Shown here: one piece after another, positions 15,977 to 25,625 of the stretch
Layout: each line of letters begins with the position of its first letter
How positions within the stretch are numbered: the first letter of the stretch is position 1
Assembly: GCA_902800965.1 (NCBI GenBank)
Contig: CADCGK010000012.1
Coordinates: forward strand, 155,820 to 219,819
DNA: 64,000 bases
Direction of reading: 5' to 3'
From: an uncultured Bacteroidia bacterium
Lineage (GTDB): Bacteria; Bacteroidota; Bacteroidia; Bacteroidales; F082
The notes under the pieces: model-generated
Databases searched by the model: none
Told to the model about the DNA's origin: nothing
Seen by the model: the letters and a program-made list of their open reading frames with translations, nothing else
Translations under genes and position numbers: made by a program

Positions 15977-16633
15977 ATGGAAGAAATCATCACCTTTCTC
16001 ACCAATGTGCTCCACAACAACAACCGCGAATGGTTTCACGAGCACAAACAGGAATACCAAAGCGCCCAGACGAAGTTTAACGCCATCGCCGAACAGATCA
16101 TCGACGGTGTGGCCCAATTCGACCCTGACATGCAAGGGTTAACGCTGAAAGATTGCACCTACCGCTTTTACCGCGACACCCGCTTCTCTTCTGACAAACG
16201 GCCTTACAAGACCCATTTCGGGGTTTTCGTGTGCAAAGGCGGAAAGAAGTCGATGCTCAGTGGGTATTATTTTCAGGTACAGCCTAGGGAATCAGAGGAC
16301 TATTTCAGCGGCAACATGCTCTGCACGGGTATGTACATGCCTTATCCCGAGACTTTGAAAAGCGTCCGTGAGGAAATTCTATACAATGGCGAACCCTTGC
16401 AGAAAGCCATCAATAAGGCCAAAGGCTTCACGCTGGATACACACAGCGCCTTGAAACGGGTACCTAACGGCTATCCCAAAGACCATCCATACGCTGAGTA
16501 TTTAAAGCAACGCGATTACCTGCTGGTCAAAGAAGTGGATGACAAACACCTCTACAGTCCAAACCTCGTGGAATGGGTGCTGGAGGAGTTCAAGAAGACC
16601 AAGGACTTTTGCCAGTGGCTCAATCAAGGTTAG
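15977..16633 (+). CDS. DUF2461 (TIGR02453) family protein
   Basis: The motifs NNREWFHEHK and YRFYRDTRFSSDKRPYKTHFG are typical of DUF2461. The ATG at 15977 is preferred over the TTG at 15953. Confidence 0.8.
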   Translation: MEEIITFLTNVLHNNNREWFHEHKQEYQSAQTKFNAIAEQIIDGVAQFDPDMQGLTLKDCTYRFYRDTRFSSDKRPYKTHFGVFVCKGGKKSMLSGYYFQVQPRESEDYFSGNMLCTGMYMPYPETLKSVREEILYNGEPLQKAINKAKGFTLDTHSALKRVPNGYPKDHPYAEYLKQRDYLLVKEVDDKHLYSPNLVEWVLEEFKKTKDFCQWLNQG

Positions 16634-16714
16634 AGGTGAGAAGTGAGAGGTGAGAGGTGAAAAAAACCTCTAACCTCTAACCTCTAACCTTTAACCTCTC
16701 ACCTCTGACCTCTC
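16632..16714. terminator. inverted heptamer arrays (AGAGGTG)n / (TAACCTC)n between convergent genes; probable bidirectional terminator
   Basis: AGAGGTGAGAAGTGAGAGGTGAGAGGTGA, then A6, then CCTCTAACCTCTAACCTCTAACCTTTAACCTCTCACCTCTGACCTCT. The right array also encodes the last residues (SEVRG) of the EF-G paralog. Confidence 0.55.
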
Positions 16715-18763
16715 CTTCACGATCTCTTCCTGTTTGTCCTTCGGGGTCGGCGTATATTGATAGAATTCCATCGAATAGTTGGCGCGACCTGAGGTGAGGT
16801 TGCGAAGGGCAGTGGCATAGCCGAACAGCTCCATCAGCGGGATGAAGGCATCCAGCTTCTGCGATCCCTTACGGAAACGACGCATGTTCTCGATGCGGCC
16901 GCGGCGTTTGTTGACGTCGCCCGTCACATTGCCGATGTAATCGTCTGGGGTGTTGATCTCCACCTTCATCATAGGCTCAAGCAACACTGGGCTGGCTTTC
17001 ATGAAGGCCTGCTTGAAGCACATCTGGGCGCAGAGCTGGAAGGCCATGTCGCTCGAATCCACTGGGTGTGAGCTGCCGTCCACGAGGACGCACTTGACAT
17101 CCACCACGGGATAGCCCGCGAAGGGGCCTTTGTTCATGGCTGCAGCCAGACCTTTCTCCACCGATGGGATGTATTCCTTCGGAATCACGCCGCCCTTGGT
17201 GACATCGACGAACTCGAAGCCCTTGCCCGGATTCGGCTCGAAGCGGATGACGGTATGGGCGTACTGGCCCTTGCCGCCGGTCTGCTTGGAGAACTTATAG
17301 TTGCACTCGAACGGCGCCGTGATGGTCTCGCGGAACGATACGGAAGGCGCACCTACCGTGACCGGCACCTTGAATTCGGTATTCAGACGATCGACGAGGA
17401 TCTCCAGATGAAGCTCGCCCATGCCGGCGATGATGGTCTCCTCGGTCTCTTCGTCGAAATGAGCGCGGAATGACGGGTCTTCGTTGCAGAGCTTGGCCAG
17501 CGCCTCGCTCAGCTTGCTGCGGTTTTTCTTGTCCTCGAGGTTTACCTTCATCTCGATGACCGCCGGTGGGATATGGATGTTCTCGAGCATCAACGGGGCT
17601 TTCTCGTCGCAGAGGGTGTCGCCCGTACGGGTGTATTTCATGCCCACGAGGGCTACAATCTCGCCTGGACCGGCTTCGTTGATCTCCTCGCGTTCCTTGG
17701 CCTTGATGCGGAAGATACGGCCTACACGCTCGCTCTTGGTCTTGTTGGTGTTATAAACGCTCATGCCGTTGGTGAGCTTGCCGCTGAAGATGCGGATAAA
17801 GGTCTGCTGACCCACGTAAGGATCGTTGATGAGCTTGAAGGCCAAAGCGGCGAAAGGCTCGTTCTCCGATGGGTTGCGCTGGCAGGTCTTCTCTTCGTTA
17901 TAGGGATCATGGGCGATGACAGCGCCAAGGTCCTTGGGCGAAGGCAGATAGTCCACGATGGCATCGAGGAGCAGCTGGATGCCTTTGTTCTTATAGGCGG
18001 CACCACAAAGCACGGGCACCATCATCAGCTTGATGGTGGCCTTGCGGATGGCTGCCATGAGCAGGTCGGTGGGGATCTCCTTGTCCTCGAGATACAGCTC
18101 GGCCACGTCGTCATCCAGGTCGGCGACTTTTTCGATGAGGTTGCGTCGAGCGGCCTGTGCCTGTTCCATCATGGCTTCCGGGATAGGACCCACGATGCGT
18201 TCTTTTTCGACAAACCGAACCGAGTTCATCTGTACCAGATCGACCATGCCTTCAAAGGTGGCTTCAGCGCCGATAGGCAGGTGCAGCGGCACGGCGTTGG
18301 CACCAAGATACTTCTGCATCTGACCAACGACCTCATTGAAGTCGGCGCCAGTACGGTCCATCTTGTTGACAAAGGCAATGCGGGGCACGCGGTATTTATC
18401 GGCTTGGTTCCAAACGGTCTCTGATTGTGGTTCCACGCCACCAACGGCGCAGAACACTGCGACCATGCCATCGATGACACGCAGCGAGCGCTCCACCTCG
18501 ACGGTGAAGTCCACGTGACCGGGAGTATCGATCAAGTTGATCTGATGGTCGTTCCAATGGGCGGTGATGGCTGCAGAGGCGATGGTGATGCCACGCTCCT
18601 GCTCCTGTTTCATGAAGTCCATGGTAGCCTGACCGTCATGGGTCTCACCCACTTTGCGGTTCACGCCGGTGAAAAACAAAATACGTTCTGATACGGTGGT
18701 CTTTCCAGCATCGATATGCGCTGCAATACCGATGTTGCGGAGTTTTGAAATATTCTGACTCAT
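16691..18763 (-). CDS. elongation factor G paralog (EF-G2-like translational GTPase)
   Basis: The G motifs [17 protein letters not shown] and NKMD are present, along with [23 protein letters not shown]. It is 690 aa and lies outside an str-operon context. Confidence 0.85.
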   Translation of the reverse strand: MSQNISKLRNIGIAAHIDAGKTTVSERILFFTGVNRKVGETHDGQATMDFMKQEQERGITIASAAITAHWNDHQINLIDTPGHVDFTVEVERSLRVIDGMVAVFCAVGGVEPQSETVWNQADKYRVPRIAFVNKMDRTGADFNEVVGQMQKYLGANAVPLHLPIGAEATFEGMVDLVQMNSVRFVEKERIVGPIPEAMMEQAQAARRNLIEKVADLDDDVAELYLEDKEIPTDLLMAAIRKATIKLMMVPVLCGAAYKNKGIQLLLDAIVDYLPSPKDLGAVIAHDPYNEEKTCQRNPSENEPFAALAFKLINDPYVGQQTFIRIFSGKLTNGMSVYNTNKTKSERVGRIFRIKAKEREEINEAGPGEIVALVGMKYTRTGDTLCDEKAPLMLENIHIPPAVIEMKVNLEDKKNRSKLSEALAKLCNEDPSFRAHFDEETEETIIAGMGELHLEILVDRLNTEFKVPVTVGAPSVSFRETITAPFECNYKFSKQTGGKGQYAHTVIRFEPNPGKGFEFVDVTKGGVIPKEYIPSVEKGLAAAMNKGPFAGYPVVDVKCVLVDGSSHPVDSSDMAFQLCAQMCFKQAFMKASPVLLEPMMKVEINTPDDYIGNVTGDVNKRRGRIENMRRFRKGSQKLDAFIPLMELFGYATALRNLTSGRANYSMEFYQYTPTPKDKQEEIVKERSEVRG

Positions 18764-18818
18764 GGGGATGATGATGGTATATTTTTTGCTATGATACGGG
18801 CTGCAAAATTAGTAAAAA

Positions 18819-19079
18819 ATGAGTGATTACAAGAAACTTTATCGGACAAGAGACAAGAAAATCTCTGGAGTTTGCGGAGGTATCGCCGAATACTTCGAAA
18901 TTGACCCTACCTTGATCAGGTTATTATGGATCATCTTCGCTTTCGTCAGTTGCGCCACCGGCGTCATCGCGTATCTCATCTGCGCCCTGGTGATCCCGCA
19001 ACAGCCTATCGGCTATGAACAGTCCTATACCGAGCAACCCCAACCAGAAGAACCAAAACCAGAAGAGCCCCAACAATAA
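18819..19079 (+). CDS. PspC domain-containing membrane protein
   Basis: The motif GVCGGIAEYFEIDPTLIRLLWIIF is followed by one TM segment and a Pro/Glu-rich tail. Confidence 0.8.
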   Translation: MSDYKKLYRTRDKKISGVCGGIAEYFEIDPTLIRLLWIIFAFVSCATGVIAYLICALVIPQQPIGYEQSYTEQPQPEEPKPEEPQQ

Positions 19080-19089
19080 ACAGGAGGCT

Positions 19090-19719
19090 TTACCAAATGT
19101 CGGACCACGTGATGCTGATCACGTGGTTCGTTGATTTTTCACCCGTCTTGAACACGTTCGACAAACCGTAGGTATATCTCACTTCTACGTACCAATAGCT
19201 GACTGCCGCCGTGATGCCGTAATCGATCCTATTGAAGGATCCGAGCTCCCAAGGATGGATATGTTGGACGGTCTTCTTGGGCTGTTTGATGTTTTCCACC
19301 TCATCGCCCTTCAGGCAAAAACCGATCTGCGGCCCCACGCGAAGCCGTACCAGACGTGACTCGTCTTCGTCGTCTTCCGTCCACTTCCTGAAATACACGT
19401 TCAGCAGCAAAGGAATGTTGATATAGGAGGATTTCTCAAGCCATTTCACCCTGTTTCCGTTGTCCAAGGTCACCGCTTTCATGCCTGTACCCTGACGGGA
19501 ATAGATCACATCCAGCTCCAGACCGAACACGGAACGCTGAGGAATCAACGCCACACGGGCACCGAAACAGAAATCGGTACGGAAACGGGTGCTGTCAACA
19601 CCACTGAGGTTCATCGTTGAGAATGTCGGACCTAAAATCAGACCACCTCCCAGCTGCTGGGCGCACACCGGAAAGGCAAGGATGACCATCGTCAACAGGA
19701 TGAAAAACCGACTTTTCAC
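19090..19719 (-). CDS. outer-membrane beta-barrel (porin family) protein
   Basis: It has a signal peptide from a GTG start, an alternating beta-strand pattern and a C-terminal aromatic residue (...ITWSDIW). Confidence 0.6.
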   Translation of the reverse strand: MKSRFFILLTMVILAFPVCAQQLGGGLILGPTFSTMNLSGVDSTRFRTDFCFGARVALIPQRSVFGLELDVIYSRQGTGMKAVTLDNGNRVKWLEKSSYINIPLLLNVYFRKWTEDDEDESRLVRLRVGPQIGFCLKGDEVENIKQPKKTVQHIHPWELGSFNRIDYGITAAVSYWYVEVRYTYGLSNVFKTGEKSTNHVISITWSDIW

Positions 19720-19759
19720 TTCAATGAAATTGATTCTTGTGCAAAAGTAATAATTTTCC

Positions 19760-19767
19760 TATTTTTG
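19760..19767 (+). promoter_or_regulatory. Bacteroidetes-type -7 promoter box (TAnnTTTG) for the GH3 gene
   Basis: TATTTTTG lies 24 nt upstream of the ATG at 19791. Confidence 0.5.
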
Positions 19768-19790
19768 CAGCCATCTACAAACAAATACTT

Positions 19791-21383
19791 ATGCCATCCC
19801 CATTATTTGGAACTATCGTCAAGACCGCCGCGGAACTGAAAAACATCCCCGTTGAGCTGAAACAGAAGACCATCCGCCCGGTAAAAGCCCAAGAAAGAGA
19901 GTTGAAGAAACTACTCCGCAAGGCGCAGTTCACCGACTTCGGCAGAAAATACAAGTTTACGGAAATCCTGCTCTCCAGAAATGTCATGGAGAGTTTCCGC
20001 AACAACGTACCCGTGTTCGATTACAACAAGATGCACGATGAGTGGTGGTACCGCGCCCTGAACGGTGAGCACAACGTCACTTGGCCTGGAAAGATCAAGT
20101 ATTTCGCCTTGAGCAGCGGCACCTCCGAGGCCTCCAGCAAATACATCCCGATCACCCGTGAGCTGAACTCCAAGATCACCAAGGCGAGCATCCGACAGTT
20201 GGCTTCCGCCGTGCGTTACGACTTCCCAAAGGAGTTCTATAACCGCGGCGTGCTGATGATTGGCGGCAGCACCGACCTGTCATACAGCCGTGAAGGCGGT
20301 TACTATGCCGGTGACCTCTCGGGCATCTCCGCAGGTCGTATCCCGAAGTGGTTCGAGTTCTTCTACAAGCCCGGTCAGCGTATCTCCAAGATCAAGGACT
20401 GGTCGGAGAAACTCGATGAGATGGTGAAGGCCGCTCCTACCTGGGACATCGGCGTCATCGTGGGCGTGCCCGCATGGGTGCAGATCCTGCTGGAACGCAT
20501 CATCAAGGAATACAAGCTGAAGACCATCCACGACCTCTGGCCGAACCTGATGGTCTATGTCCACAGCGGCGTCGCCTTCGCGCCATACGAGAAGAGCTTC
20601 GAGCGCCTATTCGGCAAAAAGGTGGTCTATATCGAGAGTTATCTGGCCTCGGAAGGCTACATCGCCTACCAAGTCGATCTGAAGAAACGCGTGATGCAAC
20701 TTCTTGTCGATAATGGCATCTACTTCGAGTTCGTACCTTTCAACGAGGAGAACTTCGACGAGAACGGCAACATCAAGGAACATCCGAAAACCCTGACGTT
20801 GAAGGAGGTGGAGGAAAATGTCGATTACGCCTTGCTGCTCTCCACCTGCGCCGGTACCTGGCGTTACCTCATCGGCGATACCATCAAGTTCCTTCCTCCC
20901 GAAGGACCGCTTTTTGGGGAACGTCCTAGAGGGGTCAACATCGCCATCACAGGCCGCACCAAGCAGTTCCTGAGCATCACAGGCGAGCACCTCTCCCAAG
21001 ACAACATGACCCAAGCCGTGGACCTGATGGCCAATGATCTCAACGTCAACATCACCGAATTCACCGTGGCGGGCATCAAGCACGAGACCATGTACGCCCA
21101 TCACTGGTACCTCGGCACCGACGACAAGATCGACCCACAGGTCGCCATCAAGAAGATCGACGAATACCTATGCAAGCTCAACGACGACTATGCGGTGGAA
21201 CGCACCGAAGCCATCAAGGAGCTGTTTGTTGACGTGCTGCCCACCCATGTCTTCTACGACTTCATGGAAGAGAAGATCGGCAAATGGGGCGGTGCTACCA
21301 AGTTCCCAAGAGTGCTGAAAGGAAAACGGTATGAGATGTGGGAAGAGTTTGTAAGAAGCCAGAAGTCAGAAGAAAGAAGTTAG
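19791..21383 (+). CDS. GH3 (auxin-responsive promoter) family adenylating ligase
   Basis: The motifs FALSSGTSEASSKYIPIT and FGRKYKF...VPVFDY are typical of bacterial GH3 proteins. The ATG at 19791 lies 24 nt downstream of a TATTTTTG -7 box (19760..19767). Confidence 0.8.
   Translation: MPSPLFGTIVKTAAELKNIPVELKQKTIRPVKAQERELKKLLRKAQFTDFGRKYKFTEILLSRNVMESFRNNVPVFDYNKMHDEWWYRALNGEHNVTWPGKIKYFALSSGTSEASSKYIPITRELNSKITKASIRQLASAVRYDFPKEFYNRGVLMIGGSTDLSYSREGGYYAGDLSGISAGRIPKWFEFFYKPGQRISKIKDWSEKLDEMVKAAPTWDIGVIVGVPAWVQILLERIIKEYKLKTIHDLWPNLMVYVHSGVAFAPYEKSFERLFGKKVVYIESYLASEGYIAYQVDLKKRVMQLLVDNGIYFEFVPFNEENFDENGNIKEHPKTLTLKEVEENVDYALLLSTCAGTWRYLIGDTIKFLPPEGPLFGERPRGVNIAITGRTKQFLSITGEHLSQDNMTQAVDLMANDLNVNITEFTVAGIKHETMYAHHWYLGTDDKIDPQVAIKKIDEYLCKLNDDYAVERTEAIKELFVDVLPTHVFYDFMEEKIGKWGGATKFPRVLKGKRYEMWEEFVRSQKSEERS
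21353..21380. repeat. purine-rich heptamer array (AGAAGNN)4 forming the C-terminal tail of the GH3 gene
   Basis: AAGAAGCCAGAAGTCAGAAGAAAGAAGT encodes ...RSQKSEERS*. Confidence 0.6.
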
Positions 21384-21386
21384 AAT

Positions 21387-22073
21387 ATGTTTAAGTTTAT
21401 CTTTGATGCCATTGTCCTGGGACTTACCTTGTCCATCGTGTTTGGATTTGGTCCTGCCTTCATCACCTTGATCCAGACCAGCATCCACCGTGGATTCCGT
21501 CAGGCCGCATGGTTCGCGCTGGGCGTGTGCCTCAACGACGTCCTGATGGTGTCGCTCTGCGTGCTGACCTCCATCCAGGTGGTGGCCAACGGCGAACGTG
21601 AGATGTTCTATTTCAGCCTCGGAGCGGGCATCATCCTAATCCTGTTCGGCATCTTCACCTATACCCGAAAAGTCAAGGAGGACAACTTCAAAGGCATCAA
21701 GGAACGAACTGACGAGATCATCGATGAAAACAAGGAGAACTTCAAGAAGGACGACGACACCCCGAGATGGTTCGTTTTCCTCGGCAAAGGCTTCGTGCTG
21801 AACATCCTGAATCCCTTCGTATGGATTTTCTGGTTCAGCACCGTGGCCATCACGGCAGGAACCATGGAAGGCAACAAACTCAAGATATTGCTCTTCTTTG
21901 CCATCGTGCTTGCCACCTGCCTAGGCTGCGACCTGCTGAAAGCCAAAGGCGCTTCCTTCCTGAAAAAGTTCTTCAACGCGAAACGCATCCGCATCTTGAA
22001 CATCATCATCGGTGTGGGATTGGTCCTGTTCGGACTCTACTTTATCATCAGCGGTTTTATCAAATTTATTTGA
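21387..22073 (+). CDS. LysE family translocator (amino-acid/metabolite exporter)
   Basis: It is a 228-aa polytopic membrane protein with N-terminal GFGPAF...IHRG as in LysE/RhtB exporters. It starts 4 nt after the GH3 stop. Confidence 0.65.
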   Translation: MFKFIFDAIVLGLTLSIVFGFGPAFITLIQTSIHRGFRQAAWFALGVCLNDVLMVSLCVLTSIQVVANGEREMFYFSLGAGIILILFGIFTYTRKVKEDNFKGIKERTDEIIDENKENFKKDDDTPRWFVFLGKGFVLNILNPFVWIFWFSTVAITAGTMEGNKLKILLFFAIVLATCLGCDLLKAKGASFLKKFFNAKRIRILNIIIGVGLVLFGLYFIISGFIKFI

Positions 22074-22086
22074 TTGACGACGGAGA

Positions 22087-23868
22087 TTAAATGCTGTCCT
22101 TGAACTTGATGTCCTTGACATTGAGCTGCAGCGTCGTCTTGCCTTGCCAGTAGTTGTATTCCAGATGGTAGCAAATGCTGAAGGGCTCGCCGCTATGGAC
22201 GCGTGCGAAGAGGTCTCCCTTCTGGAAAGCGATGCCTGAGAACACGGTGTTGTCCTCGTCACCCAGCTGACGGACGGTCAGCTTCAAGTGCTTGTGGCCG
22301 CCCACGGGACGCGAGCCGCCTGTATCCACGATGTTGTCGGACCAGAACACCGGTGCCGAGTTGCCCGGACCGAAGGGGGCAAACTGGTTGAGGATACGCA
22401 TGAACTTCGACGTGATGTCGTGGAAGTTGATCTTCAGATCGACCTCTAGCTCGGGCACCAGATCCTCAAGGGTGAGATGCTCCTGGATATAAGCCTCGAA
22501 ACGACGGCGGAACTCTTCTACATTCTCGGGCTTCATCGAGAGGCCGGCGGCATATTTATGGCCACCAAAGTGCTCCAGCAGGTCGGAGCAATGGTCGATG
22601 GCGTCGTAGATATCGAAGTTTTTGATGGAACGTGCCGAACCGGTGATGAGATCGTTGGCACGGGTCAGGACGATGGTCGGACGGTAGTAGTAGTCGGTAA
22701 GACGTGAAGCCACGATACCAATAACGCCCTTGTGCCAGTTCTCGTTGAAGATGACCGTGCTGCGGGCGTTACGGAGCTCTTCGTCGTCGGCAATCATGTT
22801 GAGCGCCTCCTCCGTGATGCCGTTGTCCAACTCACGACGCGTGTCGTTCAGCTCGTTGATGTTGGCGGCAAGCTTGACGGCATGTTCGTGCTTCTCTGCC
22901 AGCAGCAGACGCACCGAGTCGGAGGCCTTGTCGATACGTCCTGCAGCGTTAATTCTAGGACCGATCAAGAAGACCAGGTCGCTGATGGTCAATTCACGTG
23001 TCAGCACGTTGGTGGTCTCGCCGTCCACACGATCGGGATCTTCCTCGCGGCGATAGACGTTGGCATGCTGCAAGATGGCTTCGATGCCCGGACGGGGTTT
23101 CTTGTTGAGCTGTTTCAGGCCATAATAGGCCAACACACGGTTCTCTCCCGTAATCGGGACGATGTCGGCCGCAATGCTAACCGCCAGCAAATCGAGCAGC
23201 TCATAGACTTCCTCGATGGGCAGGTTCTTGCGCATGGAGAGCGCCGTGACGAGTTTGAAGCCCACGCCACAGCCCGAGAGTTCCTTGTAAGGATAGGTGC
23301 AGTCGGGACGTTTGGGGTCGAGCACCGCCACTGCAGCAGGCAACTCGTCGCCGGCACGGTGATGGTCGCAGATGATGAAATCCACGCCCTTTTCGTTGGC
23401 GTATTGGATGCGCTCCACGGCCTTGATGCCGCAGTCCAAGGCAATCACCAGCTTGAAGTCGTTCTCAGCGGCATAGTCGATGCCCTTGAAAGAGATGCCA
23501 TAACCCTCGTCATAGCGGTCGGGGATATAGAACTCGATCTTCTTCTTCTTGAAGAACTTCTTGAGGTAGGTATAGACCAAAGCAACGGCGGTGGTGCCGT
23601 CCACGTCGTAGTCGCCGTAAATCAGGATCTTCTCCCCATTGTCGATGGCTTGCACCACACGATCCACCGCCCGATCCATGTCCTTCATCAGGAAAGGATC
23701 GTGGAGTTGGCTGAGCGCCGGACGGAAGAAAACTTTTGCCTCGTTATAGTTCGTGATTCCGCGCTGTACAAGCAAAGTGGCAAGGTTCTCGTCAATGTTG
23801 AGCGCCTTGACGATTTCGGCAACCTGTTGGTTGTCAACCGATTTATTTAAAATCCACTTTGTTTCCAT
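22087..23868 (-). CDS. recJ: single-stranded-DNA-specific exonuclease RecJ
   Basis: DHH family motifs GDYDVDGT and ICDHHR and the DHHA1 motif GGHKYAAG are present. 593 aa. Confidence 0.9.
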   Translation of the reverse strand: METKWILNKSVDNQQVAEIVKALNIDENLATLLVQRGITNYNEAKVFFRPALSQLHDPFLMKDMDRAVDRVVQAIDNGEKILIYGDYDVDGTTAVALVYTYLKKFFKKKKIEFYIPDRYDEGYGISFKGIDYAAENDFKLVIALDCGIKAVERIQYANEKGVDFIICDHHRAGDELPAAVAVLDPKRPDCTYPYKELSGCGVGFKLVTALSMRKNLPIEEVYELLDLLAVSIAADIVPITGENRVLAYYGLKQLNKKPRPGIEAILQHANVYRREEDPDRVDGETTNVLTRELTISDLVFLIGPRINAAGRIDKASDSVRLLLAEKHEHAVKLAANINELNDTRRELDNGITEEALNMIADDEELRNARSTVIFNENWHKGVIGIVASRLTDYYYRPTIVLTRANDLITGSARSIKNFDIYDAIDHCSDLLEHFGGHKYAAGLSMKPENVEEFRRRFEAYIQEHLTLEDLVPELEVDLKINFHDITSKFMRILNQFAPFGPGNSAPVFWSDNIVDTGGSRPVGGHKHLKLTVRQLGDEDNTVFSGIAFQKGDLFARVHSGEPFSICYHLEYNYWQGKTTLQLNVKDIKFKDSI

Positions 23869-24106
23869 CGCCTAATTTTGAATTTGTAAAAATAAGAATT
23901 ATTTTTTCACTTTTTATAAGTTTTTTTATTTAGAATGATATTTATTTGTAATTAATTGATTATCAATTGATTATTTTTTCACATTTTAATCAGTTTCAAG
24001 ATAAGCCTGTTGTTGAAAAAATAGTGGATTTTTTTTGAAAACATCATTGCATGCTATCTGTTTTTTTAATAATCTTGCATTATCATTTTTCCAAAATTTT
24101 AGTCTC

Positions 24107-25585
24107 TTGAAAAAAATCAAAACTGCTTTAATATCAGTATTTTATAAAACTGGAATTGACACTGTAGTCTCGTTGCTGAAAGAGCAAGGGGTGCAGATTT
24201 ATTCCACTGGCGGAACCTTCGATTATATCCGCAATCTGGATCCAACGGTGAAAACAGTGGAGTCGTTGACCAGTTACCCTTCTATCTTGGGCGGCCGTGT
24301 GAAGACCTTGCATCCGAAAGTGTTCGGAGGCATCCTTGGCAGAACCCAGCTGGAGTCGGACCAGCGTGAGATGGCACAGTACGAGATCCCCGCTTTCGAC
24401 CTCGTGATCGTCGATCTCTATCCTTTCGAGGAGACCGTGGCCAGCACTACCGACGAGAGCGCCATCATCGAGAAGATCGACATCGGCGGCATCTCGTTGA
24501 TCCGCGCCGGAGCGAAGAATTTCAACGACGTGCTCATCGTGCCTTCCAGGAAGCATTACGACGAGCTGATCCAGCTGCTCAAGACGCAACAGGGCGAGAC
24601 CTCGCTGGAGAATCGTCGTCGTTTCGCCTGTTACGCCTTTGCGGAGAGCTCGCATTACGACACGGCCATCCACCGTTGGTTTGCTCCCGACAACGAGCTC
24701 CGCTACGGCGAGAATCCCCACCAGAAGGGTTATTTCCGCGGTAACCTTGATGCCTTGTTCGAGAAGCTGCACGGCAAAGAGCTGTCGTACAACAACCTCT
24801 TGGATCTCGAAGCGGGTCTCTCCTTGATTCGTGAGTTCGACGACACCGCTTTCGCCATCCTCAAGCACAACAACCCCTGCGGCATCGCCTGTCGTCCCAC
24901 AGTGAAGGAAGCCTATCTGGCTGCCTTGGCTGGTGACCCGGTGTCGGCCTTCGGAGGCGTGCTGGTGTGCAACCGTCCCATCGACATGGCTGCCGCCGAG
25001 GAAATCAACAAGCTCTTCGTGGAAGTCATCGTGGCCCCAGGCTACGAAACCGGTGTGTTGGAGCTGCTCTTCTCCAAGAAAAACAGGATCATCCTGAGGT
25101 TGAAAGAAGACCAATATGACCGTGTCATGGTGAAGAGCGCGCTGAACGGCTATCTCATCGAGGAACGAGACCTCCACACGGAAACGCCCGACGACTTCAA
25201 GGTGGTCACCAAAGCCACGCCTACACAAGATGAGACCGACGATATGGTTTTTGCCAACAAGGTGGTCAAACACAGCCGCTCCAACGCCATCACCTTGGCC
25301 AAGGACGGACAGCTGTACGCCTCAGGCATTGGCCAAACCTCTCGCGTCGATGCCCTGCGCCAAGCCATCGAGAAGGCCCATTCCTTCGGGTTCGACCTTC
25401 ACGGTGCCGTGCTGGCCTCCGACGCCTTTTTCCCCTTCGACGACTGCGTGAAACTGGCCCACGAAGCTGGTATCACCGCCATCGTACAACCTGGCGGCTC
25501 CGTCCGCGACCAAGAGTCCATCGACTGCTGCGACCAATTTGGCATCAGCATGGTCTTCACCGGCTACCGCCATTTCAAACATTAA
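24107..25585 (+). CDS. purH: bifunctional AICAR transformylase / IMP cyclohydrolase PurH
   Basis: Diagnostic segments are KTALISVFYKTG, SILGGRVKTLHPKVFGG, YGENPHQKG and SDAFFPF. There is no in-frame ATG near the conserved N-terminus, so the start is probably the TTG at 24107; the ORF is open from 24035. Confidence 0.85.
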   Translation: MKKIKTALISVFYKTGIDTVVSLLKEQGVQIYSTGGTFDYIRNLDPTVKTVESLTSYPSILGGRVKTLHPKVFGGILGRTQLESDQREMAQYEIPAFDLVIVDLYPFEETVASTTDESAIIEKIDIGGISLIRAGAKNFNDVLIVPSRKHYDELIQLLKTQQGETSLENRRRFACYAFAESSHYDTAIHRWFAPDNELRYGENPHQKGYFRGNLDALFEKLHGKELSYNNLLDLEAGLSLIREFDDTAFAILKHNNPCGIACRPTVKEAYLAALAGDPVSAFGGVLVCNRPIDMAAAEEINKLFVEVIVAPGYETGVLELLFSKKNRIILRLKEDQYDRVMVKSALNGYLIEERDLHTETPDDFKVVTKATPTQDETDDMVFANKVVKHSRSNAITLAKDGQLYASGIGQTSRVDALRQAIEKAHSFGFDLHGAVLASDAFFPFDDCVKLAHEAGITAIVQPGGSVRDQESIDCCDQFGISMVFTGYRHFKH

Positions 25586-25622
25586 ACTGAACAACTGATC
25601 AACTGAACAACTAATAACTGAC
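25585..25622 (+). promoter_or_regulatory. AACTGAAC-word leader filling the purH-mreB spacer
   Basis: AACTGAACAACTGATCAACTGAACAACTAATAACTGAC is about 33/38 identical to 58669..58706. Confidence 0.6.
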
Positions 25623-25625
25623 AAA

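Noticed and set aside
22732-23850. Long antisense ORFs inside GC-rich housekeeping genes. Examples: 22732..23850 opposite recJ, 24134..25273 and 25322..26362 opposite purH/mreB, 17573..18424 opposite EF-G, 45821..47077 opposite the deiminase, 58875..59801 opposite pgk.
   Set aside because: They mirror well-supported genes on the other strand. Their composition is low-complexity (rich in Arg/Gly/Val/His/Asp) and they show no recognisable motifs. This is the typical shadow-ORF artefact of GC3-biased coding regions.
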